DNA from: an uncultured delta proteobacterium
GTDB lineage: Bacteria > Desulfobacterota > Binatia > Binatales > Binataceae
Length of the DNA stretch: 64,000 nucleotides
Direction of reading: 5' to 3'
Assembly: GCA_963724765.1 (NCBI GenBank)
Contig: CAVRVY010000001.1
Span: 1,216,001 to 1,280,000, forward strand
This document shows, piece by piece, positions 20,494-30,465 of this stretch. A program made the position numbers and the translations under genes. The notes under the pieces were generated by a model, which had not been told where the DNA came from, did no database searches, and saw nothing but the letters and a program-made list of their open reading frames with translations. Numbering within the stretch: position 1 is the first letter of the stretch; each line of letters begins with the position of its first letter.

Positions 20494-21493
20494 CCGTAGC
20501 TATCTGCTTGTCGCGCGCCTCTGTTTGCACCGAGCGAGAGGTGATGAGTTGCCCCTCGATCCATCTGTAAGTTCGGGCAAGGCCCTCCTCAAGGCTAATC
20601 TTGGGCGTCCAACCTAAGACCTCTTGAAGTCGTGTATTGTCGGAATTCCTGCCGCGAACGCCCTGTGGGCCAGCAATATGCCTTTTTGTGACCTCGACTC
20701 CGGCGATGTTGGCCACGATATCGGCGAGTCCGTCGATCGTAATCAGACGGTCTTGGCCCAGGTTCAAGGGGTTGCGGTATTCGGAGCGCATGAGTTTGCA
20801 AATGCCTGTCACGCAATCGTCGATATAGCAGAATGACCGTGTCTGCTGGCCGTCTCCCCAAAGCTCAATTTCGTGATCGCCGGTCAGCTTCGCAATTGCC
20901 ATCTTCCGGCACAGAGCGGCAGGGGCCTTCTCCCGGCCCCCGGTCCATGTGCCCAGAGGTCCAAAAATATTGTGGAATCGGACAATGCGTGTCTCCATTC
21001 CATATTCTTCGCAGTAGTGAATACATAGTCGCTCGGCAACGAGCTTCTCCCAGCCATAAGCGTCTTGCGGTTGCGCCGGATATGCGTCTTCCTCTTTAAG
21101 CGGAACTACATCCTCGTCGTTCTGCCGGTACTCTGGGTAAACGCAGGCCGAAGAACTATACAGATACCTCTTCACCCCGTTGCGTCGGGCGGCCTCTAGT
21201 GTATGAATATTAATGAGGGCGTTGTTGTGAAGAATGCGCGCGTGGTTGGCAGAAATGAAACCCATTCCGCCCATGTCTGCCGCTAGAGCGTATACTTCCT
21301 CCACGTTGGCAGTGACTTCGAGGCAATTCTCCCAGCGACGGAGATCGGTCTCCACAAATTCGTCGGCGAGGCTTGGCTCGTACTCGGGAGGTGTTAGATC
21401 AGCGCCCCTTACCCAATGCCCATCGTGTTTCAGCCTAGCAACCAAGTGATGGCCAATGAAGCCGCCTGCGCCAGTTACCAAGATCCTAGTCAT
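20486..21493 (-). CDS. NAD-dependent epimerase, GDP-mannose 3,5-epimerase-like
   Basis: GAGGFIG, LAADMGGMGFI, PQDAYGWEK, RFHNIFGP.GTW.GGREKAPAA.CRK motifs. Confidence 0.88.
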   Translation of the reverse strand: MTRILVTGAGGFIGHHLVARLKHDGHWVRGADLTPPEYEPSLADEFVETDLRRWENCLEVTANVEEVYALAADMGGMGFISANHARILHNNALINIHTLEAARRNGVKRYLYSSSACVYPEYRQNDEDVVPLKEEDAYPAQPQDAYGWEKLVAERLCIHYCEEYGMETRIVRFHNIFGPLGTWTGGREKAPAALCRKMAIAKLTGDHEIELWGDGQQTRSFCYIDDCVTGICKLMRSEYRNPLNLGQDRLITIDGLADIVANIAGVEVTKRHIAGPQGVRGRNSDNTRLQEVLGWTPKISLEEGLARTYRWIEGQLITSRSVQTEARDKQIATDE

Positions 21494-21869
21494 TGCTCTT
21501 TTACCTCTATGTTCAACTATCGAACCGGGTATGCTGTGGCCAGTGGCGAAGAACGCCAGGCCTGCCGAACGAGATATGTCAGGTCACATGCGATTAAGAA
21601 GGTGTCCGCGAAATATGACGCAAGCCGCTATGGCAGCAGCGGGGCGATGCCGGTTTCGCGGGTCAACGCGAGAGAGGCTTCAAGCGCCCCGCTCACGCCG
21701 CATCAAGTCGCTTCGTGCGCAGAAGAATGGACGGCGTCGCAGATATTCGTCACATGTACCGAGCCGACACGCGGGACAGATGATGTAGTCAGCAGTTGTA
21801 ATCACACCGACAGTAAAGGCAGAGTGCGCACCTCCCGCCCGACAGCCCGCTGCCACAGCCGGAAGAGGC

Positions 21870-24287
21870 TCAACTCTTCATCTGATTGTCCGTCTGGTCC
21901 ATATCCTGCGACTTGTGAGACTGCGGGTAATAGTAGTCGCCAGCGTTTCTTTGCAAGCTAATATTGACCTGATTCCGAACAATGCCGAGGAGCGGTGCAT
22001 GGATCTGATTTAAACGTGCGCACACGTGTTTGACCCGTCGCTTAGGGACACGCGGACCGACTACCAGCACTACACCGTCCACCATGGCCATCAGATGCAG
22101 CGTGTCTGTGACAGGCATTACGGGAGCGGAGTCAATCAGAATACAGTCGTAGGTCTCCTTCAGACGCACAAGTAGATCGGTCATTGTGCTAGAGCCCAAA
22201 AGCATACCAGGATTCTGGGGGCTTGAACCGGAAGTAACGCACGCCAGGCCGTCGATACTGGTCGGGCGAATGACTTCGTCTAAACGCAGTCGGCCCATTA
22301 GAAATTCCGAGAGGCCCTCATGGTTGGACATCCCTAACAACTTATGACATCGCGAGCTTCGAAGGTCTGCATCAATCAAGAGCACTCTGCCATTCATCTG
22401 AGCGAACGCAATAGCGGTGTTTATCGTGGTCACCGTCTTGCCTTCATGTGGATCTCCGCTAGTGATAAGTATAATTTTGGGCGGTTCTCCACGCCGGGAT
22501 AGCAACAGACTGAGTCGAAATGCTCGATAGGCTTCGGTGGCCACCGAGAAGCTATTGTCGTGATTCGCGACAATAACCGTGTCGCTGGCTGCGGTTCGGG
22601 CTGAGACGAAACGACTCAAGAGATGCTTATTCGTTCCGTATATGGATGGGATTAATGTTCGGAAATCCGGCACTACAGCCAAGCTCGGAACTCCGACATA
22701 GCGCTCGACCTCATCCGGATCTTTGAATGTATCGTCGAAACGCTCAAGGAAGCAGGCAGAGCTTATCCCGATCAGCAGTGCGAGTACTCCGCAGGATGCC
22801 AGAGTCAGCAACATTTTCGGACTCGAGGGTGCGAGAGGAGGAGCAGCGCTGTCGAGTACCGAAACATTAGAGGCCGACACGCCTGCAGCCATACCCATCT
22901 GGGTCATGCGCTCAAGTACGTTCTTATAAAGCTTTCGGTTGGTGTCGACCGCTCGGGACAGAATGGCATCTTGCAGTGAAGCGTCGTTCAATGCGAGTGC
23001 CCGATTCGTCTCCTGGTCAATCTTGTCGCTCAGTTCTTTCTCGCGTTCTATAGCCGCTTCATCGCTCAATCCTACACCGGTGGCAACTCGATGCACTTCC
23101 TGGTTCAAGCGAGCTTGTGTCTCCTTCAGCTTAGCAGCGAGTTCGGCCAGTGGCGGATAGTTAGGCTTATACTGATCTGCCAAGCTAGCGTACTCAGCTT
23201 GGATTCGTGCCTGCTGCTGCCGGAGACTTTGAATTAGCGCGTCATTAGTTACTGCGGGCAGAGCCTCGTAGTTTCGAGTGCTGATGAGATGAGCCTCGGC
23301 ATCGAGAGTGATGCGCTGGGTTTCCACTTCGGTCAGTGCTTTGTTTAAATCGATGAGACGGCCCATCACGATCTTGTTGTTGTCATCGGATGAATCGGCC
23401 ACGATTCCGCGCATGCGCCTGGAGGCGTTCAATACGGCTTCCGACTTTTCAACCCGCGCTTTCAGTTCGGTGAGTTTTGTCTGCAGGTACTTTACCGCGC
23501 TCTCGCTAGCCTCGGCGTGAAGGGCCGTCCCGCGAGCGATATAGGCCTGGACATGCGCGTTAACGATGCGAGCTGAGAGAACTGGATCCGGCGTACTGAA
23601 GGCGACCGTGACAAGGCGTGTCCCTGGCTCGGGTCGGATTGTCAAGTGTTTCAGATATGCGTCAATGACACGGAATTTGACCCCCAGCGTGCCTGCCTCC
23701 GGGTCCTCGTCATGGACCATGGGATCCCTAGAATCCTTCGAGAAAGGTTCTTGGGCGAGAAATCTGGCCTCCGAGGCTTCAGTCTCTCCCACATGGAGAA
23801 ATAGCTCATTCTGGAGATTAAGCTCACGGATTACCCGAGCGGCGAGACTTCGACTCTGCAATATCTTGTACTCGGTACCGTAGTAGGTGTCTTGGGCAAC
23901 TTCCCCGGATTCTTGCGTCTCCTCCAATTCCCTCATGTCCATGACTTGAGGCGCTCGGGGTTCGATCAGCACAGTACTCGTGGCAGTATAAGTTGGGGTC
24001 ATGAAAAAAACGACCAGGCCCGTAAGCGCGAGCGTGCAAATTACTAGCGTGACAATGAACCGCCAGCGCCTGACAATTACACGCCAATACTCACGAAAGC
24101 TGGGCCCGTCTTGAGCAAATACCTTGGCCGGGGTGACCTCAGGAGCGGTGCGGTTGATGAAATATGGACTTAATTCCTGCATTGCTTTTTGAATGCGTTT
24201 AAAAACCGATAACGTGAAAAGGGTGAGGGGCGGTACGGGCGGAGTCTGTTCTAAAGCTTGACTGCGCTCGTGAGCTGAAACTTCCAA
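21870..24287 (-). CDS. wzc: Wzc polysaccharide co-polymerase / tyrosine autokinase
   Basis: Two TM segments, coiled coil, Walker A HEGKT, LIDADLR, IDSAP, C-terminal YYY. Confidence 0.92.
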   Translation of the reverse strand: MEVSAHERSQALEQTPPVPPLTLFTLSVFKRIQKAMQELSPYFINRTAPEVTPAKVFAQDGPSFREYWRVIVRRWRFIVTLVICTLALTGLVVFFMTPTYTATSTVLIEPRAPQVMDMRELEETQESGEVAQDTYYGTEYKILQSRSLAARVIRELNLQNELFLHVGETEASEARFLAQEPFSKDSRDPMVHDEDPEAGTLGVKFRVIDAYLKHLTIRPEPGTRLVTVAFSTPDPVLSARIVNAHVQAYIARGTALHAEASESAVKYLQTKLTELKARVEKSEAVLNASRRMRGIVADSSDDNNKIVMGRLIDLNKALTEVETQRITLDAEAHLISTRNYEALPAVTNDALIQSLRQQQARIQAEYASLADQYKPNYPPLAELAAKLKETQARLNQEVHRVATGVGLSDEAAIEREKELSDKIDQETNRALALNDASLQDAILSRAVDTNRKLYKNVLERMTQMGMAAGVSASNVSVLDSAAPPLAPSSPKMLLTLASCGVLALLIGISSACFLERFDDTFKDPDEVERYVGVPSLAVVPDFRTLIPSIYGTNKHLLSRFVSARTAASDTVIVANHDNSFSVATEAYRAFRLSLLLSRRGEPPKIILITSGDPHEGKTVTTINTAIAFAQMNGRVLLIDADLRSSRCHKLLGMSNHEGLSEFLMGRLRLDEVIRPTSIDGLACVTSGSSPQNPGMLLGSSTMTDLLVRLKETYDCILIDSAPVMPVTDTLHLMAMVDGVVLVVGPRVPKRRVKHVCARLNQIHAPLLGIVRNQVNISLQRNAGDYYYPQSHKSQDMDQTDNQMKS

Positions 24288-24303
24288 CGAGACGCGACAG
24301 GCT

Positions 24304-25461
24304 CTAAAAGGCCGTTAATCCCATCCCAATCCCCATGTGGCTGACAAGGAAATACAAAGAGTAAGGCACCGCACCCACGACGGACCGTTCAACAACCACT
24401 ACATCTCCGCCCTCCAGCGGCACGTCACGTTCGGTGCCGTTCTTGATCTTGGAAAGATCAAGAGGCAGGTCCAATTTACCGCCACTCCCTTGCTCGCGCA
24501 CAAGTGTGGCCGACAAGGTGAACTGGGCGCCGCCAGCGGCCGCGATGGCGCTTAGTGCCGTCATTCCTGGAGTGATCTTAAACTTCCCGGGGTTTGATAC
24601 CCAACCTTCCACGGTCACCTCTCCGGCTGCTGGCACAATGATTACGTCACTGGGTCTGGCCGGAAGCTCGAGATAACGTTGATTGTCCGCCCGAGACAGA
24701 TTGATAACCACTTGTTCGTCTAGTGTCTGCTGCGTAGGAGATGAACCATCCCCAGGAGCGCCTTGTGCGAGCGTCGTAGCTACCAACCGAGCCTTTGCGC
24801 GGGCCATCGCACGCGGCGCCGGGACAAGAATAATTCGTGAGGCTGCTTCCTCGGTCATCCCGCCCGCTCGGCTTATCATGGTCATTATCGTGTCGGAACG
24901 ACTGGCCAACATATAACGCCCGGGGTTCTTAACTGAACCTAACACTGCGACGTCCCGGCTTTCTGTGCGTTCGATAAATACTCCGACCTGTGGCTTATAA
25001 ACGTAGTTCCCTACGCGCCGGGTCAACTCACCTCGGAGATCCGCCTCGGTCATCCCGGAAATATTGATCACGCCCAGCAGCGGCAGGGCGATCGTGTCCT
25101 CCTCCGACACTCGAACCGTCCGATCTCTCTGGTTATCGAGCTGAGGCAAAGAGATCCGCAGAACGTCGCCCGGACCTAGAGAGAAGTTTGAAGACTTGTC
25201 GTCCGCAGCTGCCTCGGTCCGGCTCCTCCAGAGATTTTCCAGGACCTCGGCGTCGTCCTCCCCGAGTGCGACGTCCTTAACCCCCGGTGCCGCCTGCCTA
25301 ACTTCTCGATCGCCGTTCAAACTTGCAGTCACTTGAGGCGCCGAGGAAGACACCCGCCCTGCCTGCTCTGAAGGCACAGAGGTCGCGCACCCGGACAGGA
25401 ACAGCAGACCAAGAGAAACCACCCGGAACGTGTTACGAGATGTTCCAGGAATATAGCCCAT
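24304..25461 (-). CDS. wza: Wza polysaccharide export lipoprotein
   Basis: Lipobox LSGC, LGPGDVL, LPLLG, SLBB repeats (GSVKNPG, GWVSNPG). Confidence 0.9.
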   Translation of the reverse strand: MGYIPGTSRNTFRVVSLGLLFLSGCATSVPSEQAGRVSSSAPQVTASLNGDREVRQAAPGVKDVALGEDDAEVLENLWRSRTEAAADDKSSNFSLGPGDVLRISLPQLDNQRDRTVRVSEEDTIALPLLGVINISGMTEADLRGELTRRVGNYVYKPQVGVFIERTESRDVAVLGSVKNPGRYMLASRSDTIMTMISRAGGMTEEAASRIILVPAPRAMARAKARLVATTLAQGAPGDGSSPTQQTLDEQVVINLSRADNQRYLELPARPSDVIIVPAAGEVTVEGWVSNPGKFKITPGMTALSAIAAAGGAQFTLSATLVREQGSGGKLDLPLDLSKIKNGTERDVPLEGGDVVVVERSVVGAVPYSLYFLVSHMGIGMGLTAF

Positions 25462-26091
25462 AGTTAGGCCCCCTTGGCCTTACCGCTTTAGTATCCCATT
25501 CGTTAGGTTAGTAGTTGTGAACCGCACCCGTACGTCATGCTCGTAGGTTCACTGGTCGAGAGCCACTTGCCGACCCGCTATGCGATGAAGGTAGAGCCTA
25601 TGCGGATCGCTTGGAGCGTGCTGGCGCGAAGGCGCGGCGACCTTCGCTGCTAGACGAAGTCCGGGTCCCCAAGGTTGCACCGGCCTGCCGCGCCATATCC
25701 TTCGATGTCTCCCACCACATCCGCTACGGTAAAAGGTTGCGGAAAACTCGGCGAAAGACGATTTCGGCGAAGGGTAATCAGTACGACGGCCACGAGAGTG
25801 CGTCTTGGATCAAGGTTGTCAAAGGTCAAAAACCTTTTTCCGCAACCTGCTGCCAGTGCCGTGCGAAGCTGTTACGGCGTCCAAACAAACGAGATCAGCG
25901 GAAGCGTCCGCCCTCCCGTGTACAGGGCGTCCTCATCTGCGAAACCCCTCTGCGAAACCCTTTGACAGACTAAATCCAGCAGCGCGTTATACATACCTGC
26001 AGAGCCATCTTTCACGCGGCTCATTTTTCACTCATCGCACCTATTCATGTGTATGTTCTTCGCGTGTGATGCGCTCTGTTTGGCTCCGCGT

Positions 26092-26372
26092 TTACCTAGC
26101 CGGTGGCGGCCCTCCTTGTTCATCACGGCGGCGGTCACCGACACGCGGCGCCTTAAGCTCCACGGTCCCGGCTCCCAGGGTAAGCTTGCGCGACTGGGCC
26201 CGGCCGTTGCGCATCACCAGCGCGCATCCGTGCTCGTCACGCTCGCCGCGATGGCGCTCGACGTAATCGTCGGCCTCGGCCCCGAGCGCTTCGATCAGCA
26301 TCCGCCGTGCGCCCTCGCGCGCGATCTCGTCCAGCATCAAAAGCTCCTCACCCGCTTCCCGCGCATCCTGCC
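26092..26372 (-). mobile_element. IS256-family transposase 5' remnant
   Basis: LDEIAREGARRML..AL.AE...RNG...GAGTVELKAPRV.DRR is the IS256 N-terminus; truncated. Confidence 0.8.
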
Positions 26373-26589
26373 TGAGGAGAGGAAGATGCGGCGCGAGCGC
26401 ATGGAAGAGTTTGGGCGCAGCAACGACGCGGTAGCGGACACGGAAGCGATTTGACGCAGGTCTTATGCGATCGTTTATTCCAGCCGATCGAGCTGCTTGT
26501 TACCTTTAGCAGTCCGAACTCTACTGCAATGACCCACTGCATAACGACATGCTGCAGGCTTCCAGAATCACACTTACTGAGTTTTTGGT

Positions 26590-26666
26590 TGGTCGGGGCG
26601 GCCGGATTTGAACCGGCGACCACACGCACCCCAAGCGTGTGCGCTACCAGTCTGCGCCACGCCCCG
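26590..26666 (-). tRNA. tRNA-Pro(GGG)
   Basis: Minus strand reads CGGGGCGTGGCGCAGACTGGTAGCGCACACGCTTGGGGTGCGTGTGGTCGCCGGTTCAAATCCGGCCGCCCCGACCA; cloverleaf with encoded CCA. Confidence 0.97.
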
Positions 26667-26899
26667 ACCGGGGGAGTCTCGCTTACACGGCTGAGGCCGC
26701 CGCAATACTTTCGGCCGCCCGCGACGCCGCCTCTTAAGCGCCACGTCAGTATAGTTGCGCGCGGGTCGAAATGCAGCCTCGCGCGCCGCGCGCGTAAGGC
26801 GCTCGCGTGCCTACGGCTGAGCGCACGAGGCGCGCGACATCCACAGCGGCGCGCGTCGAGTAAGCGCAGGCAGCGCGCGAGGAGTACGCGCCTGGCGCG

Positions 26900-27643
26900 C
26901 TAGGCCTTTTTCTTCGCCGCCACGCGCGGCCGCCACTGTACGAACGAGCGCATGTCGATCGAAAACGTCCACGCCCCGCGCGGCTGGTTGATCAGATGCA
27001 CGATCTCGTCGCAAATCGCCGAGGGCGGCACGAAATGCGACGGGTCGGCCTCGGGTGCTGCCTCGCGCACGCGCGGGCTGTCAACGGCGCCGTCGACATC
27101 CAGCGTTGCCGAATGGATGCCCAGGTGCATGTACTCGTAGGCGAGCGACTCCGCGATCGCGCGCTGCGCCACCTTGGAAGCGGTATAGGCCGAGTACATC
27201 GCCGGCCCGCCACGCGTTTCCGATCCCAGCACGAAGATAACGGTCCCGCCGCCGCGCGCCGTCATCTTGCCCACCACCGCTTGGGTGCAGAAGAACGGGC
27301 CATAGGTGTTGACCTTAAGCTGAAAGTCGAAGTCCTCCTCGGTGATCTCCTCGAAGCGCTTGCGCAGGTAGGCGCCGGCGTTGTTGATGAGCACGGAGAT
27401 CGGCCCCAACTCGCGTTCCACCGCTTCGACCGACGCCAGCACCTGATCGCGCTTGGAGACGTCCGTCGGTGTCACCAGCGCCTTGCCGCCGGCCTTGACG
27501 ATAAGTTCGGCGGTCTCTTCGAGCTGCGACTTGGTGCGCGCGATGAGTCCACAGGCATAGCCCTCGCGGGCCAAGCGCTGTGCGATGTCGCGGCCGATTC
27601 CCCGTCCTGCTCCGGTAACCAATGCTACTTTGGGTTCTGACAT
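26900..27643 (-). CDS. SDR family oxidoreductase
   Basis: TGAGRGIG, NNAG, YTASK motifs; start at MSEPK. Confidence 0.9.
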   Translation of the reverse strand: MSEPKVALVTGAGRGIGRDIAQRLAREGYACGLIARTKSQLEETAELIVKAGGKALVTPTDVSKRDQVLASVEAVERELGPISVLINNAGAYLRKRFEEITEEDFDFQLKVNTYGPFFCTQAVVGKMTARGGGTVIFVLGSETRGGPAMYSAYTASKVAQRAIAESLAYEYMHLGIHSATLDVDGAVDSPRVREAAPEADPSHFVPPSAICDEIVHLINQPRGAWTFSIDMRSFVQWRPRVAAKKKA

Positions 27644-27902
27644 GGCGCGCATCTTAGCCGAGCCAGCCATCACCTGAAAACCCGCGCGAGAACAAATTGC
27701 GCGCGGGAACCATCCCTCCTCCCGCGGGGATGGGGTTGGCAGTATCGAGAGGCGCCCGCGCTGAACGGCACGCCGGCTCCTCATAAATGAATCGGAGACG
27801 TGGCGCGCGGATGATTGCCTGATGGCTTGTCGGTTTACTGGAGTGAGTGATAGCCTTGGCGGCGTGATCCTCGCGTGATCCTGGAGAGAACCAGGTGACA
27901 CT

Positions 27903-28697
27903 ATGAAATTTTACATCGCAATCAGCCGGCGTATCGCGCTCGCGGTCAGGCGGCGAGGCACGGTCGCGATCACAATCTTCGCACTGATGCTGGCGGTCGT
28001 CATGGCAGACACGTCGCAAGCCCAGGACGCAAGCAAGGGCGAGTCCTCCTGGGACAAGGCCGATAGCGTCCTGGTCCTTCCGCCCGTGTATCAAGGGGAT
28101 GAGAAGTCCGAGCCGGCAGACGCGTGCGCTGAAGATTGTCCGGATTCGAGCAACTCCGGTATTGCCGAGGACCCAGCCGCCGTGGCCGGCACCGCGGACG
28201 ATCCCGCGGATGCGAGCGCGGGAACTGCCGACGACCCGACTGCTGCCAGCGCGGCAGAGGACGGTTCCACGCCCGACGGATCCGGCTTGCAGGAACAGCA
28301 GGCCGCCGCCGTTGGCGGTGACCAGCAGAGCGCCGACGGCCTCGACGGTTCAGTCGGCACCGCGCAGGACTACCAGGAGCAACAGGAGGCGGCGCAGGAG
28401 CTTGGCAACTACGGAATCGTGCAGGTGCCGGCGGTGATTGTCGGAGCGCCGGGCGGACTCTACTATTTGCCGGGGACTTCTGTTCCAGCAGCGTCGGGAT
28501 TCGCTACCGCAGGAACGCTACCGTCGTCGCCGGCCTGGATGCCGCAACCGATGGCCAAAGTGGCTCCTCTCCCTTCGATTGTTCCGCGCGGGTTTCCGCC
28601 AACGATGAGAGGTTTTACGGGGGGAGGCTTTCGCGGGGGTTTCTCCGGAGGCTTTTCACACATGTCAGGATTCCACGGCGGATTCGGGCACAGGTAG
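27903..28697 (+). CDS. Hypothetical exported low-complexity protein
   Basis: Signal-like N-terminus, acidic Ala/Asp region with AGTADDP twice, Gly/Phe-rich tail. Confidence 0.65.
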   Translation: MKFYIAISRRIALAVRRRGTVAITIFALMLAVVMADTSQAQDASKGESSWDKADSVLVLPPVYQGDEKSEPADACAEDCPDSSNSGIAEDPAAVAGTADDPADASAGTADDPTAASAAEDGSTPDGSGLQEQQAAAVGGDQQSADGLDGSVGTAQDYQEQQEAAQELGNYGIVQVPAVIVGAPGGLYYLPGTSVPAASGFATAGTLPSSPAWMPQPMAKVAPLPSIVPRGFPPTMRGFTGGGFRGGFSGGFSHMSGFHGGFGHR

Positions 28698-28777
28698 GCG
28701 CTCGCGAATTCTACTGTCGTGGAACCCCACCACTCATGCAGGACCATTCATGATGGTAGGTGCATGCTGGTAGCCCG

Positions 28778-29587
28778 ATGCTTGTAGCGATAGACGTCGG
28801 CAATACCGACACCGTGATCGGAATCTACGAGGGCGACCGCCTGCTCCATCACTGGCGGCTGTCGACCAAGGCCGAACGCACCACCGATGAGCATGGGGTG
28901 ATGATCGGCGCGCTCCTGCAAAGTGTCGGGCTGGAGCCGCCGCTGCGCCCCGAGGGCGTGGTAATCGCGTGCGTGGTGCCTCCGCTCAACCGCACGATGG
29001 AAGATTTGACCCGGCGCTACTTTCAGCGCGAGCCGCTGATCGTCGGTCCCGGGATCAAGACCGGGATGCCCATCCTGTACGAAAATCCCAAGGAGGTTGG
29101 CGCGGACCGGATCGTGAACGCAGTGGCGGCTTACGATCGCTACACCAGCGCATCAATCGTGGTCGACTTCGGCACGGCGACCACTTTTGACTACGTGACC
29201 GGGCGCGGCGAGTACGTGGGCGGCGCGATCGCGCCGGGACTGGGAATCTCGATGGACGCGCTGGTCAAGCATGCCGCCAAGCTCTACGAGGTCGAACTGG
29301 TGCGCCCGCGCGAGGCCGTTGGCCGCACGACTATCGGCGCGATCCAGTCGGGCCTCATCTTCGGCTATACGGCGCTGGTCGACGGACTGGTCGACCGGAT
29401 CGAGCAGGAACGGGGCGAGCATGCCCATGTGATCGCGACCGGCGGCCTGGCTGACCTGATCGCGCCCGAGTCGAAGACGATCGAGGTGGTCGACGAGTTT
29501 CTAACGCTCAAAGGATTGCGCCTGATCTTCGAACGCAACCGGCGCGCGCCCGCAGCCTTTACGCCGGGCGGCGCGAGGGACGCCTGA
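28778..29587 (+). CDS. coaX: Type III pantothenate kinase
   Basis: IDVGNT, EVGADR, VDFGTATT, GGAIAPG, IATGG motifs. Confidence 0.95.
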   Translation: MLVAIDVGNTDTVIGIYEGDRLLHHWRLSTKAERTTDEHGVMIGALLQSVGLEPPLRPEGVVIACVVPPLNRTMEDLTRRYFQREPLIVGPGIKTGMPILYENPKEVGADRIVNAVAAYDRYTSASIVVDFGTATTFDYVTGRGEYVGGAIAPGLGISMDALVKHAAKLYEVELVRPREAVGRTTIGAIQSGLIFGYTALVDGLVDRIEQERGEHAHVIATGGLADLIAPESKTIEVVDEFLTLKGLRLIFERNRRAPAAFTPGGARDA

Positions 29588-30465
29588 TGGCAAAGCCGCA
29601 GCGCGTCGTCACCGACTCGATGATCGGGCTGAAACTGCCCGACTTTGCGCGCCATTCCGATCGCGTCGCAACCGTGCTTGGGCACAACCCCGGTCCGTTC
29701 ACCGGCCCGGGCACCAACACGTATATCGTCGGCGTCGGGCGCCGGCCTCTGCTGCTCGACACCGGCGCCGGGGTGCCGGTGTACGAGGAGTTACTGCCGC
29801 ACGCGCTCAAGCAGGTCAGCTCCACTGGCGAACTGGAGCGCGTGGTTTGTACTCACGCGCACGCCGACCATATCGGTGGCATCCCGCAGGTGCATCGGCG
29901 CTTCGGCGGGATCGAAGTGCTGAAGAAGCCGTGGCCGGGCAAGGACGAAGCCGCTGGCGCGCCGATTCGCGCGATCGAGGACGGCGCGATAGTCCGGACC
30001 GAGGGCGCGACGCTCCGCGCGATCCATACTCCCGGCCACGCGCCCGACCATCTTTGCTACTATCTCGAAGAGGAGAGGGCGCTGTTCACCGGCGACGTGG
30101 TGTTGGGCGCCGGCACCACGGTGATTCCCGATGACACCGGCGATCTCGGGCAGTACATGGCCTCACTTCGCCGCCTGTTGGAACTCGACTTGGCGCTGAT
30201 CTATCCGGCGCACGGCCCGGTGATTCGCAATCCGCGGCAGAAGATCGAGGAGTACATCGCGCATCGCGAACTGCGTGAGCGTCAGGTGCTCGAGGCCCTG
30301 GCCGGTGACGAGCCGCTCGAGCCGATGCAGATTGTCAAGAAGATTTACGTCGATGTGCCCGAATATCTGCACACCGCCGCCGCCAATTCAGTGCGCTCGC
30401 ATTTGAAAAAGCTCCGCAACGAGGGACGCGTGGTCGAGCATGAGAGCCGCTGGAGTCTCAACTAG
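29587..30465 (+). CDS. MBL-fold metallo-hydrolase (LACTB2-like)
   Basis: NPGPFTGPGTNTY, THAHADH, TPGH, GD, PAHG motifs. Confidence 0.9.
   Translation: MAKPQRVVTDSMIGLKLPDFARHSDRVATVLGHNPGPFTGPGTNTYIVGVGRRPLLLDTGAGVPVYEELLPHALKQVSSTGELERVVCTHAHADHIGGIPQVHRRFGGIEVLKKPWPGKDEAAGAPIRAIEDGAIVRTEGATLRAIHTPGHAPDHLCYYLEEERALFTGDVVLGAGTTVIPDDTGDLGQYMASLRRLLELDLALIYPAHGPVIRNPRQKIEEYIAHRELRERQVLEALAGDEPLEPMQIVKKIYVDVPEYLHTAAANSVRSHLKKLRNEGRVVEHESRWSLN

Noticed and set aside
25462-25500. Possible JUMPstart/ops element before wza
   Set aside because: Lacks the GGCGGTAG core; the G-run is explained as the ribosome-binding site
26340-26589. Possible integrase remnant next to tRNA-Pro
   Set aside because: No tyrosine or serine recombinase motif recognisable in the frames examined
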